Source: an uncultured virus (IMG/VR IMGVR_UViG_3300017970_000189) (taxonomy: Duplodnaviria; Heunggongvirae; Uroviricota; Caudoviricetes). Taken from it: a stretch of DNA of 64,000 nt. The stretch lies in the IMG/VR virus record IMGVR_UViG_3300017970_000189. One strand, written 5' to 3'. Both the position numbers and the translations under genes were made by a program. Every line of letters begins with the position of its first letter. The stretch's first letter is position 1. The notes beneath the pieces were generated by a model. That model was given only the letters and a program-made list of their open reading frames with translations. It had not been told where the DNA came from and made no database searches. Below are positions 46,773 through 55,987 of the stretch, piece after piece.

Positions 46773-47524
46773 CGAAGCTCCTTGAGAATTTTCATCCGAA
46801 CCTTATCAATTCCTTGTTTAATTTCAGTCTCCGAAAATCGAAGAACCTTAAATCCGACGGCCCTTAAGACCTTTGATTGAAGACTGTCTTTTTTCTTACT
46901 TTTACTATGCCAGTAATTTCCATCCACATAAATCGCAAGCTTCTCAGGCCTAAGAAGAAAATCTGGAAATGTAAATCCTCTCAATGGATTTGAATTAGTG
47001 ACAAACCTAATATTTTCTTTCTTAAGTATATTTTTGACGCTCAACTCAATACTGGTTGGACCACGATGCCGGAACATACAACGTCTTGAGCAAAAAAACT
47101 TCCCGTGTTTTCTCGAATCATATGGCAATTTACACCGCTTACAAATTCTCCTATATTTTTTCTTTGTAAGCTCCTTCTGACACTGAACAGAACAAAATCG
47201 ACACTTGTTATATCGTTTCTTCGATCGCGTAACCCAGACAATCTTTCTGCAGTTTTCACAAGTGTATCTACATGGCCTATTTTTATTAATAGAGCGTGCT
47301 TTATCTTGACAACGCCTGCTACAATATCTGCCACGCCCTCTTGCATAATTTGCCTTACCTACGGACATTCTTTTAGTGCAAATTTTACAAGACTTAATTA
47401 CCCTACCTCTCCCTGATCTACTCCTTCTGTAGCAAAGATCACAACAAAAATAATGACGGCTCTTATTCGGATTTCTTTTTTCGAAGAACTTTCGACCACA
47501 ATAAGCACACGTCTTAGACTTCAT
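46769..47524 (-). CDS. Low-GC endonuclease: Cys repeats plus DUF559/Vsr-like domain
   Basis: Four CxxC...FCSxxC-type repeats; PTSIE...PDF...IYVDGNYWH...D...GFKVLRF; markedly AT-rich. Confidence 0.88.
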   Translation of the reverse strand: MKSKTCAYCGRKFFEKRNPNKSRHYFCCDLCYRRSRSGRGRVIKSCKICTKRMSVGKANYARGRGRYCSRRCQDKARSINKNRPCRYTCENCRKIVWVTRSKKRYNKCRFCSVQCQKELTKKKYRRICKRCKLPYDSRKHGKFFCSRRCMFRHRGPTSIELSVKNILKKENIRFVTNSNPLRGFTFPDFLLRPEKLAIYVDGNYWHSKSKKKDSLQSKVLRAVGFKVLRFSETEIKQGIDKVRMKILKELR

Positions 47525-48348
47525 TCAACTTCCTTATAAATTCCTTCCTGGCATGGCCCGTGATAAGGACAAAACTTCGGTGAACAATGCCATCCTTCAG
47601 ATCTTGCCGGATAAACCTCGTAGTAAATAGACTTCCAAATCTGAGCTGCCAGATCTGCAAACCACTTACGGTGAAGCGGTCCGACCTCAGTCGGCGCATA
47701 TTCGACATGAGGATTTCCTTCCTCCCTCACCAGGAAGATCTTCTGGGACCTCACGACCTCCTCTCCGATCATCGGATAAACCCAGAAACTATAAGAAGCC
47801 GCCTGGAGCCACCCTTTCTTCGCTCGGTCCGACACCTTCTTCGTCGTCTTCCAGTCCGAAAGAAGTCCGGTGTCGTCCAGAAGATCGATGTATCCCAGCA
47901 TCGAAAATGGCCCCACGTCGCTCTTGAATTCGAGATCCACCCGATACTCCACAACCGGACCGCTTTCCACGATCATCGGCCGAAGCTTCGGCATCACCTC
48001 TTCCCTGGCCAACCTCACGAGAGGCCGGCATTCCGCCCGCACCTTCTCCTCCGGATCCTCCACATTCCATTGCCAGCCGATGAAGGACTCCTTTTCCTCT
48101 TCCTCCCTCACCTTCTGCTCCCAGACCGGCTCGTACATATCGTCCAAGGTCTTCCAGTCTGGATAAGTCCCCTGCTTCGCCCATTCCTTTAGTGCATGCT
48201 CGATAATCTCGTGAACCACGCGCCCAGAATGGACCACGCCACTCGATGTCTCCGGAATCTTATCCACGTATCGGTAGCGGAAACTCAGGGGACACAAAAG
48301 ATACTTCTCGATCTTCGTGACCGAGAGGTTTCTCATGGGCGCAGCCAC
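47521..48348 (-). CDS. RecB/AddB-family PD-(D/E)XK exonuclease with probable Fe-S cluster
   Basis: LSVT...CP...G..VH; GYID...DWKT; Q...Y; C-terminal CSPKFCPYHGPC. Confidence 0.88.
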   Translation of the reverse strand: MAAPMRNLSVTKIEKYLLCPLSFRYRYVDKIPETSSGVVHSGRVVHEIIEHALKEWAKQGTYPDWKTLDDMYEPVWEQKVREEEEKESFIGWQWNVEDPEEKVRAECRPLVRLAREEVMPKLRPMIVESGPVVEYRVDLEFKSDVGPFSMLGYIDLLDDTGLLSDWKTTKKVSDRAKKGWLQAASYSFWVYPMIGEEVVRSQKIFLVREEGNPHVEYAPTEVGPLHRKWFADLAAQIWKSIYYEVYPARSEGWHCSPKFCPYHGPCQEGIYKEVE

Positions 48349-48362
48349 TTCCCCACCCTCCC

Positions 48363-49619
48363 CTAGAACATCGGCTCCTCGGCTGGCGCGGCCGCAGGCT
48401 GTTCCGCCTGCTGCTGAGGAGGCTCCTCATACTGCGGCTCCGGCTTCGGATAGAGATACTCGCCCGTCACCGGATCCGAAATCACCCCGTTCTCCAGCTT
48501 CAGATCCTGCTTGGCCACCCTGTGCAGGATCGGTCCCAGCTCCTCGATCAGCTCCTTCGGGAGATCGTTGAGCCGCTGGTAGCCGGTCAACTGCTGAAGA
48601 ACCCCCAGGGCTACATTACGGTCGTTCGTCTGGACCGCCTGTTTCAGGACGATCTCGAACCGCTGCTGAAGGACGTCGATCGCCGCCTGCCGAGGTGCTT
48701 GCCCCGGCGGGCTCTGCGTCTGATGCGCCACCCCCGGCACCGGCCCTGAGGCCGGGCGCGAGGGCGGCGCCTGACGTTGTTGCGGCGGCGGGGGAGGTGC
48801 CGCCGGACGCTGAGCCTGCTGCGCTGGGGCCGGCGGCCGCTGCGGCGGCCGTGGCGGAGGAGCAGGTGCTTGACCTTGTGAGGGAGACGCTGGGAAAGGA
48901 GCCTCTCCGGCAAACCCACCCATTGCAGGCCGTCCCCCTGGAACCGGGGGCCGCTGAGCGGGCGCAGTCGTCCGGGCTGGCGCTCCCGCAGGCGCTCCAC
49001 CCCCGCCATTCGGGCCCGGGGGTCGGTTCTGCGGCGCACGGGCCGCACCTCCTCCGGGAGGCGCACCCTGCGGACGCCCGGGAGGCCCTCCCTGAGGACG
49101 CCCGGGAGGCCGGCTCCCTCCGCCTCCTCCCTCGTTCTGCTGTTTAAGCAGAACTTGGATGATCTTACGCTTGAACTCCGAGGGCATCAGGGCCTGCTGG
49201 ACGTTCCTGGCCGCCTTCGAGACCGTCTTGTTGTAGAAGAACTCGTCCGGAACGATATCCCCGTTCTTCAGCTTCTGCTTGATCCACCCACGCGCGGAAC
49301 CCACGTTCGTATCCAGGAGGGTTTCGCAGTTGGCATCCCGGTCGATCTTGATGCGCTTCCCGATGATGTTGACTGTGATGTACTCCGGATCGATCGGGCA
49401 TCGCTTGACATCGGGAAGCTCGAGGCGAATGGCTTCCCCCTGGCTCGCCATTTCCCTCACAGCCCACTTCGTGCCCGCATAGGACAGTTCGGGCTGGCCG
49501 CGGGAGTTCTTGTAGATGAACTTCTCGGCAGGAACACCGCGGAGTTCGCCGAGGATCTGCTCCTCATCCTCGCGGTCCATCAGCTCGAAATCGGTCGAGT
49601 CCTGCTTTTCTTCCGTCAT
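48363..49619 (-). CDS. Possible single-strand annealing/recombination protein with long Pro-rich linker
   Basis: LSYAG...SKAARN core; lies between SSB and exonuclease; acidic EEPMF tail. Function inferred. Confidence 0.5.
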   Translation of the reverse strand: MTEEKQDSTDFELMDREDEEQILGELRGVPAEKFIYKNSRGQPELSYAGTKWAVREMASQGEAIRLELPDVKRCPIDPEYITVNIIGKRIKIDRDANCETLLDTNVGSARGWIKQKLKNGDIVPDEFFYNKTVSKAARNVQQALMPSEFKRKIIQVLLKQQNEGGGGGSRPPGRPQGGPPGRPQGAPPGGGAARAPQNRPPGPNGGGGAPAGAPARTTAPAQRPPVPGGRPAMGGFAGEAPFPASPSQGQAPAPPPRPPQRPPAPAQQAQRPAAPPPPPQQRQAPPSRPASGPVPGVAHQTQSPPGQAPRQAAIDVLQQRFEIVLKQAVQTNDRNVALGVLQQLTGYQRLNDLPKELIEELGPILHRVAKQDLKLENGVISDPVTGEYLYPKPEPQYEEPPQQQAEQPAAAPAEEPMF

Positions 49620-49665
49620 GCTCTCTCCTTCTGTTTCCCACGGACTTCGACCCAACTTCAGTCAA

Positions 49666-49694
49666 AGTATACCGTGTTCACTTATCTAGGTCTA
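49666..49694 (-). promoter_or_regulatory. Probable sigma70-type promoter
   Basis: TAGACC-N17-TATACT; spacer end GTGAACACGG nearly matches GTGGACACGG of the 36344 promoter. Confidence 0.55.
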
Positions 49695-49937
49695 CAAATT
49701 CAGATCCGTCTTGGCCTGCTTCACAACCTCCGCGGGCGCAATCGCCAGATCCGGCATCCACAGACCCTCGAGAAAAAGGTGTTTCACCTTCCCCTCCACG
49801 GGAAACTGCGAACTCCCATCCACTACAGAGATCGGATACTTCGTCAGAACCTCGTTTTTCTCAAGGTCCCGGAAAATCCAGTTGCAGAGAAAGCATTTCT
49901 CCTTTCTGAGTGCAAGCTCATCCTTCAGCGCCACCAT
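49692..49937 (-). CDS. Small Cys-containing protein
   Basis: GAGGAG RBS; CFLC. Confidence 0.65.
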   Translation of the reverse strand: MVALKDELALRKEKCFLCNWIFRDLEKNEVLTKYPISVVDGSSQFPVEGKVKHLFLEGLWMPDLAIAPAEVVKQAKTDLNL

Positions 49938-49972
49938 CTGCTCCTCTCCAGGGTGCTCCTTAGGCCCTCAGC

Positions 49973-50383
49973 CTAGAACGGAACGTCCTCCGTATCCGGC
50001 GTCACGAGCGGCTCCTGGGACTGATTCCCATCCTGAGAGCCCCCTCCTCCACGGGTGTTCAGGAACTGCACGCGCTCGGCCACGATCTTCACCTTGGACA
50101 TCTTCTTCCCGGTCTGCTTGTCGTCCCACCGGTCCTGCGTCAGCTTCCCCTCGACCAGGATCAGGCTGCCCTTCTTGCAGAACTGGGCGACAAGCTCGGC
50201 CGTCCGGGACCAGGCCGTAATATCGAAAAAGTGGACATTCTCCACCTTCTGACCCCCTTTGTCGGTGTACTTCTCGTTCACGGCGATACCGATGTCGCAC
50301 ACCGCCGCTCCGCTCGGCGTGTACCTGAGCTCCGGATCCCGCGTCAGGTTCCCCATCACGATGGTCTTGTTAAAACTCGCCAT
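49973..50383 (-). CDS. ssb: Single-stranded DNA-binding protein
   Basis: FNKTIVMGNLTRDPELRYTPSG...KKGSLILVEGKL...EDVPF. Confidence 0.97.
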   Translation of the reverse strand: MASFNKTIVMGNLTRDPELRYTPSGAAVCDIGIAVNEKYTDKGGQKVENVHFFDITAWSRTAELVAQFCKKGSLILVEGKLTQDRWDDKQTGKKMSKVKIVAERVQFLNTRGGGGSQDGNQSQEPLVTPDTEDVPF

Positions 50384-50572
50384 AGCTTCTCCTCTCCTTC
50401 CAATTCACCTCAAACCAAAATCACACGCACTGTTCGCTCGAGGCTGTTTAGATATGATCCGGAGGAGTGGATAACCGCCATGACCAACTCTCTTCCGGCA
50501 TCACGATCTCCCAACCTCGGACTCGTGAGCCACTCGGGCTTCTATCCCCTTATACTCTTTAGGTGTGTCAGA

Positions 50573-51226
50573 TTAGGACACACTCTCCTTTTTCTTCTGT
50601 CTTTTTTGTTCACCTAAACTCAGCACACGGAATTTCGCCCTGCTCTCATGGAAGGCCTTCCACCGGTCCTCTAGGTTTGGATCCGCAATTTCCCTCTTCC
50701 CCTCTATCCACGGCCCCAGCGGGAGATCATGCTTTTCCAATCCTTCGACTTCCATGAACTCCATGAGAATACTTTCAAAATCTTCCCCCACGTACTCCAC
50801 CACCGCCTGCTCCCTGGTCATTCTCTCTCCGCTCACCGGGCATTCGATCTCTTCGTCCCACAAAAACACCTTCTCCTTCGCCTCCCAAATCTGCCGCTCC
50901 ACCGCCCTCCTGAGCGCCTTCCTGAAATCCCCCAGCTCCGATGGCTCCGTCACGCACTTGAGATAACTAAAATCCGTCTCCGTCCCATCCACCCGGATCA
51001 CCTCGAAGCACCGATTCCCATATTCCGAGGTCGTCACCCGGAACGCCTTCACCCCAGGTCCGATCTTCCTCTCCCCCTCTGGATGCCGCTTCACCAGTTC
51101 CAGCAGAAAAACATGCTCCGGAGGGTCAAGTTCTACGCCCAAAGTCGCCGCATGAAGCATCCCCTTGATCCTGGCCAGGAGCTCCTTTTTCGTTTTGAAG
51201 ACCTCCTTGCCGATCCGGATTTCCAT
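50573..51226 (-). CDS. DUF3223 (DCL-family) protein
   Basis: HP....KIGPG..AF.V......RCF.VIR.DG...DFSY.KC. Confidence 0.85.
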   Translation of the reverse strand: MEIRIGKEVFKTKKELLARIKGMLHAATLGVELDPPEHVFLLELVKRHPEGERKIGPGVKAFRVTTSEYGNRCFEVIRVDGTETDFSYLKCVTEPSELGDFRKALRRAVERQIWEAKEKVFLWDEEIECPVSGERMTREQAVVEYVGEDFESILMEFMEVEGLEKHDLPLGPWIEGKREIADPNLEDRWKAFHESRAKFRVLSLGEQKRQKKKESVS

Positions 51227-51228
51227 CT

Positions 51229-52914
51229 CTAACCTACTTGCTCCGGGTTCGGCACTTCTTCAGGAACCGGATAGTCATAAAAATCCTTCGCCCAATTCAC
51301 CCGGTTTTCCCAGCAAATATTCACGTCTGTCTCCGTCCGGGTCACCGCCACATAAGCCAGCCGGTGCTCCGTCTCAAAGTCCTCCCAGCACCGTCCGCTC
51401 ATCTCCGTGAACACCACCGTCTGCTCCGCCTGTCGCCCCTTCGCCCCGTGAATCGTCGTGATCCTCGGAATCTTCCTTTCGTCCTCACCCTCGTATTCCA
51501 GCGCATACCCGTTCGCGCTCAATCGATCGTAGTACCTAAAATCGTTCGTATAGTTCAGGACCTGATAGTTTCTCTCCGCAATCACGCGAGCCCCTTCCCC
51601 GGTCAGAATCTTCGCCTGCACCAGATCCTGCAAGCTCACCGCCCCTTTCACCTTCTCCTCCAACCTGCTTTTTGCCCCCCTCACCAGCAGGTCGACCTTG
51701 ATTTTCGTTCCCTCATCGACAATATGGGATTTCATCCCATCCTCGATAAGGACCGCTGCCTGGGACCCGCTAATGGTCTTTCCTGCGGAAAGATCCTGAA
51801 TAGCCTCCCAGATCCGAATCCTTTTCGTGAACGACAAAGGATCTAGCCCTCTCTCATTTCTAAATGGAAGCCCGGCATCGATATAAGCCTGCGCCACATT
51901 CTGACACCCCAGGACATGCCGGTGCAGGATCATGATATCCCCAGGCATCGGCTCAAACGTCCCGGTCACCAGAATCCTCCCCTCCCGTCCACTCACCCCA
52001 ATGATCTCCTTGGGATGTCGATGAGCCACACGATTGATAATCTGCGTAGAGAAGTTCACGATGTTTTGCCCAAAACGCTTCGTTTGGCGAAGCTGGATTT
52101 GGATAGACGCACGCTTCGCTCTCTCGAGGAAAAGCTCAGCGCTCGCGCCGCTCCACTTGTAGATAGCCTGGTCGTCGTCCCCCAACCACCAGATCTCTTC
52201 TGCCTTGGAAAGTACGCGGTCGATTAGGAGGTGATGGATCCCAGAAAGATCTTGGCATTCGTCTAACAGCACGTATCGGATGTCATCGAAGGCAGGCATC
52301 TCCCGGACCCCGTACTCCAGCATATCCGTGAAGTCGATCAGGCCGTCCGCCAGTTTGAACTTCTCGTATTTCTCCACGAAGTTCTGGTAGATGTTGAGCC
52401 CCATGTTCTGGACTCCCAGCATCATAAGTCCTTCGTTGTTCGGCATCACCCGGGCCTTGTCGAGATCGTCGACCGACTGGGCCTTCGTTCGGGTCATTTG
52501 GTACGCTGCGAGCGCGGTATCCCATTCCGTACGACCTTGGTTCTTCATCTGGGCGTAAACCTCGGCTAGGTCTTCCCAATCGTAGACCGAATAGGTCCCG
52601 TCCATACTGAAGACCTTGGCGAACTGTTTCATGTCGCCGGTATTGATCAACCGAACGTCCGCCCGGTTCTTATGGAGCCCCCTCCAACAGAGACTGTGAA
52701 CCGTCCGGAAGTAGGGAAACATCTGGATCATCCGTGTATCATCTTCAGTTTCAAAGACCTTCACCGCAGCAGCCTTCGCCGCGGCTTTCGTGAAGGCTAA
52801 GAAGGCGATCCTCGTCGGATCGACTCCAGATTCCATCCAATTGCGTACCAATGTGATAGCACTTGACGTCTTCCCAGTACCAGGAGGGCCCCATACTACT
52901 CGTTCCAAAGGCAT
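51229..52914 (-). CDS. Superfamily 1 (UvrD/REP-like) helicase
   Basis: GPPGTGKT, FTKAAA, TVHS, DFTDML, LDECQD, GDDDQAIY, TIHGAKG, YVAVTR. Confidence 0.95.
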   Translation of the reverse strand: MPLERVVWGPPGTGKTSSAITLVRNWMESGVDPTRIAFLAFTKAAAKAAAVKVFETEDDTRMIQMFPYFRTVHSLCWRGLHKNRADVRLINTGDMKQFAKVFSMDGTYSVYDWEDLAEVYAQMKNQGRTEWDTALAAYQMTRTKAQSVDDLDKARVMPNNEGLMMLGVQNMGLNIYQNFVEKYEKFKLADGLIDFTDMLEYGVREMPAFDDIRYVLLDECQDLSGIHHLLIDRVLSKAEEIWWLGDDDQAIYKWSGASAELFLERAKRASIQIQLRQTKRFGQNIVNFSTQIINRVAHRHPKEIIGVSGREGRILVTGTFEPMPGDIMILHRHVLGCQNVAQAYIDAGLPFRNERGLDPLSFTKRIRIWEAIQDLSAGKTISGSQAAVLIEDGMKSHIVDEGTKIKVDLLVRGAKSRLEEKVKGAVSLQDLVQAKILTGEGARVIAERNYQVLNYTNDFRYYDRLSANGYALEYEGEDERKIPRITTIHGAKGRQAEQTVVFTEMSGRCWEDFETEHRLAYVAVTRTETDVNICWENRVNWAKDFYDYPVPEEVPNPEQVG

Positions 52915-52934
52915 ACGTTCTCACTTTTAAGAAT

Positions 52935-53136
52935 CATGTATGCGCGCGCATACGCGAGACGTAACGTTACAAGGTAACAAGTCCTTATGCGCGCCGGATA
53001 AGTGTAACACCGTTACGGCGTGTGTTACGTTACTGTGACGGATTCCTCCTATGATGTAACGTTGTAACGCTGTAACGGCTTATATACGATTTTACCATTG
53101 ACGAATTATGTCCTCGCGTATGCGCGCGCATACGTG
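52935..53136. repeat. Probable replication origin: 24 bp inverted repeats enclosing about 10 GTAAC/GTTAC pentamers
   Basis: CATGTATGCGCGCGCATACGCGAG (52935-52958) versus CTCGCGTATGCGCGCGCATACGTG (53113-53136); lies between primase and helicase; GC skew flips here. Confidence 0.75.
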
Positions 53137-53150
53137 TTTTGGTTAAATCC

Positions 53151-55031
53151 TTACGAATCTGCATCTGGAGCGTTTCCTACGGGAAAAAGGTCCTCAGTGG
53201 GGTCCTCAGGTACGACTACCGGGGTGGGTTTATGGTCGGAAGGGGTAACGGCTGGGGTGGTTGGGGAGGGGGTCCCGTGACCGTTCCCGTTACCGTTTGT
53301 TCCTCCACCCTGGATGATGGACTTCATCCAGAGACGTTGGACGCCGCCGCCCCTGCTGAAGCGTTTTGTATCGCTCTTCCAGCCCATGTCCTTGAGCTTC
53401 TCCCGAAGGTGATTTTTAGTGATTTTGGCATCGGTTTCGCCCATGAACTCGTGAAACGTGGCGAACTTGAAGAACTGGTGCTCGTCGTCGAACCCGGGGT
53501 ACTTCTTGAGGAGCCCGACATCCGGGTCCTTCTTGGCTTCCGCGAGGAATTCTTCGAGGGCGAGTTCGATGGCTCCGGCCGGCCGGGAGTCCTCTGGAGC
53601 CTCCTTTTCTTCGTAAAGATTGTTCTTCTTGGCCTCGTCGATCATGGTCATCCACTCCGAATCGTGAAGGTCCGAGGTAAGGGGTAGGCCATGTTGGTCA
53701 AGGACTTCCTGACGGAAGTCCTTGAATTTTGAGAAGCGGGAGTTGTCCAGGGTGATGATGTATTCCTTGGCCTCCCTTTCGAGAGTAACGGTCCAACGGG
53801 ATGGCTGGGACTTGAACTGGATGAGATGGAGGAACTTGAAGTCGACGGGTTGTTCGTCTCGGCGATGGCCTTTTTTCCTGGGAAGGCGGGTATTGATGCT
53901 CTTCAAAAGTTTTTCGTAGCTGGCCCGGATCGGGCCTTCCGGGTGCTTGTCGTGGATGAGTTCTTCGATATGCTTCCTGCCGGTAAGACCCTTGAGATTC
54001 AGATTTTTGTAGGTATCCGCGACGTCCTTGAGCCTTTTTTTCGTGTCGCCTTTGTTGAGTTCAGAGGCAATTTCGACGACTTTTCTCGTGCAGCTTTCCT
54101 TGACCCCGGTCCGGATGAACCAGCCGGCGACGGACATGGCCATATTGTGGCGATCGCCTTCGATCCAGATCTGGGAGACGAGTTTGCCGAGTTCTTGGAT
54201 GGTTTCCTCGGGGAGTTCGATCGTGGGGGTGGGGAGGGGATCTGGAGTACCTTCCGGGGAGGCAGCCTGTTGGAGGAAGGTCTCGGAAGGGGTGGCATCG
54301 GCCTTGGGGGTAGCTGGCGAAGAGGGAGTCGGGGAGGCGGAGGGTGAGACGGGAGCTCCGACCAAGCGGCGTTCTTCCTCGATCGGGAGGAAGTCGAAAT
54401 CATCCAGGTTGTAGCGGAATTCGGGATGCCACCAGGAGATTTCGACGGTTCGTACGGGATCGTAATTGAAATTTGTGGTCCAGGGGATGCGGAGGACGCG
54501 GGCGAGATCGATGGACTGGGTATCGGCGCCGAAGAATTTGGCGAGGGCCCGGTTGATGGCCTTGAGGTGCCAGAGATCGTTGCCGGTGACGAGCTCCTTG
54601 GTGAGCCAGAAGACTTGGATACCGCCTCCCGAGCGGACGATGATGGAAGGTTTCCGGGGGAATTCGAGGAGGGCTTTCCGGGCGATTTCCTCGGGGACGG
54701 TTTTGCCTTTGTGGCCCTGGTCGGCAAAGTCGAATTCGGCCCAGATGCAGCCTGAGGAGAGGGCGAGGGCTTCGGTGCCGCGGGAGTTTGAGGCCCATTT
54801 TTCCCGGCGGAGGCAGACGCCCATGTAGACGTTGTTCGAGCGGTTGTGATTGGTAGCGGAGGAGAGGAAGCTGTCGATGGAGTCCGGGTAGGAGAAGGGG
54901 TACGCGACCTTGAAGCCCTCTTTGCGCAGTTTCGAGCCGATGATGGTGAGTTCTGCTACGCCCTTCTCATCGCCCCAAATCGCCTGAAGGAACTCCTTAG
55001 CCGATATTTGAGGAACGGCCGGGGGAGCCAT
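53151..55031 (-). CDS. RepB-like (AEP superfamily) primase with PriCT-like region
   Basis: NVYMGV, WAEFD, IIVRSGGGIQVFW, DLARVLRIPWTTN, EGDRH. Confidence 0.82.
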   Translation of the reverse strand: MAPPAVPQISAKEFLQAIWGDEKGVAELTIIGSKLRKEGFKVAYPFSYPDSIDSFLSSATNHNRSNNVYMGVCLRREKWASNSRGTEALALSSGCIWAEFDFADQGHKGKTVPEEIARKALLEFPRKPSIIVRSGGGIQVFWLTKELVTGNDLWHLKAINRALAKFFGADTQSIDLARVLRIPWTTNFNYDPVRTVEISWWHPEFRYNLDDFDFLPIEEERRLVGAPVSPSASPTPSSPATPKADATPSETFLQQAASPEGTPDPLPTPTIELPEETIQELGKLVSQIWIEGDRHNMAMSVAGWFIRTGVKESCTRKVVEIASELNKGDTKKRLKDVADTYKNLNLKGLTGRKHIEELIHDKHPEGPIRASYEKLLKSINTRLPRKKGHRRDEQPVDFKFLHLIQFKSQPSRWTVTLEREAKEYIITLDNSRFSKFKDFRQEVLDQHGLPLTSDLHDSEWMTMIDEAKKNNLYEEKEAPEDSRPAGAIELALEEFLAEAKKDPDVGLLKKYPGFDDEHQFFKFATFHEFMGETDAKITKNHLREKLKDMGWKSDTKRFSRGGGVQRLWMKSIIQGGGTNGNGNGHGTPSPTTPAVTPSDHKPTPVVVPEDPTEDLFPVGNAPDADS

Positions 55032-55096
55032 CCGGATCCTCTCTCACACTCCAAGACTTCAGAATTCGTTTAACGACGCATCTCGAGGTCCCTTGG

Positions 55097-55257
55097 GAAT
55101 CCGGGAACCACGAAAGCCATGCCGCCGCGCGCGTTCGGTCGCTTGATCCAGACGTGCTCGGTCTGCGCACTGAACACGGAGGAAGAAGGCGAGGCGGAAC
55201 GACGGCACGGCTTTCGGGATTCGCGGACCATTTCGCTCTCTCCGGTTCAGTGCGCAG
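55097..55257 (-). ncRNA. Candidate structured 5' leader of the primase gene
   Basis: Two interleaved complementary pairs (13 bp perfect; 17 bp with two G-U pairs on the minus strand). Confidence 0.45.
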
Positions 55258-55262
55258 GTCAA

Positions 55263-55290
55263 AGTGTATCCCTGAGGAAAAAAGAGTCAA
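55263..55290 (-). promoter_or_regulatory. sigma70-type promoter for the replication operon
   Basis: TTGACT-N16-TACACT. Confidence 0.7.
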
Positions 55291-55431
55291 GGCGATTCGT
55301 TCATATTCTCTTAAAAATTTGATCGCTTTTTGTGTGTCAGCGAATTAGGAGTCACTAGGAATTGTGTTCGACGGTTTTGAGTGGTGGAGAGAGGGGCTGG
55401 ATTCGGTGGGTGAGTATGATAGAATCGCGGC

Positions 55432-55986
55432 ATGCCGATCGTGCTCTACACGAACGAAAAGCTTGAGGTGGGGAGCGTTGTGGACACGAGGAAATTTTGT
55501 GGGCTGAACGCGGAGGCGTTGAGAGGGGGAACGCGGGAGGAGCAGGAGGTGGAGGGTTTTCTGGAGGAAGTGAGGGAGGAACATTTTCCGGAAGCGCCGG
55601 ATCGGCTGTGTTCGGTGGTGGGGATTCCGATCCCGAGGATGACGGGGCGCGTGAGGGAGGGGGATGTTGCCAGCGGAAAATGGTTTGCATTCACCGAGAT
55701 CGAGACTCCCGAGCCTCCAGGGTGGGGAGAGTATTGTTACCACATTGTGGGCGAGCGGGGCTCGAAGCGTGTTTCGGTGGATGAGGGGTGGGTGGGGAAA
55801 CTGGTGGAAGATTGGAATGGGCTTCGGGGAAGTTTCGAGAGGTGGAAACTGGCGAGTGACTACTGGGCGGGGAAGATATTTAGGGAATATTCGGTTCTCA
55901 TTCAAGGGCCGATCAGGGTGGTGAGCGAGTGCGGAAGAGCGCACGGGGGACGCAGATTGAAGCCGATGATTTGGGAGGCGGACTGA
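55432..55986 (+). CDS. Hypothetical protein
   Basis: 184 aa; E..LE.VR.EHFP..P.R..S pattern and DYWAG. Confidence 0.7.
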   Translation: MPIVLYTNEKLEVGSVVDTRKFCGLNAEALRGGTREEQEVEGFLEEVREEHFPEAPDRLCSVVGIPIPRMTGRVREGDVASGKWFAFTEIETPEPPGWGEYCYHIVGERGSKRVSVDEGWVGKLVEDWNGLRGSFERWKLASDYWAGKIFREYSVLIQGPIRVVSECGRAHGGRRLKPMIWEAD

Positions 55987-55987
55987 G

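Noticed and set aside
47521..48348. Cas4 of a CRISPR system
   Set aside because: Same fold, but the context (SSB, putative annealing protein) fits a phage recombination exonuclease.
52935..53136. CRISPR array
   Set aside because: Repeats are inverted or pentameric with no regular repeat-spacer period; no cas operon.
433..55073. Many long plus-strand ORFs (for example 3595..5007, 7410..8822, 16315..17769, 45027..46457)
   Set aside because: They are antisense shadows of well-supported minus-strand genes in GC-rich DNA, with Arg/His-rich nonsense composition and no RBS or motifs.
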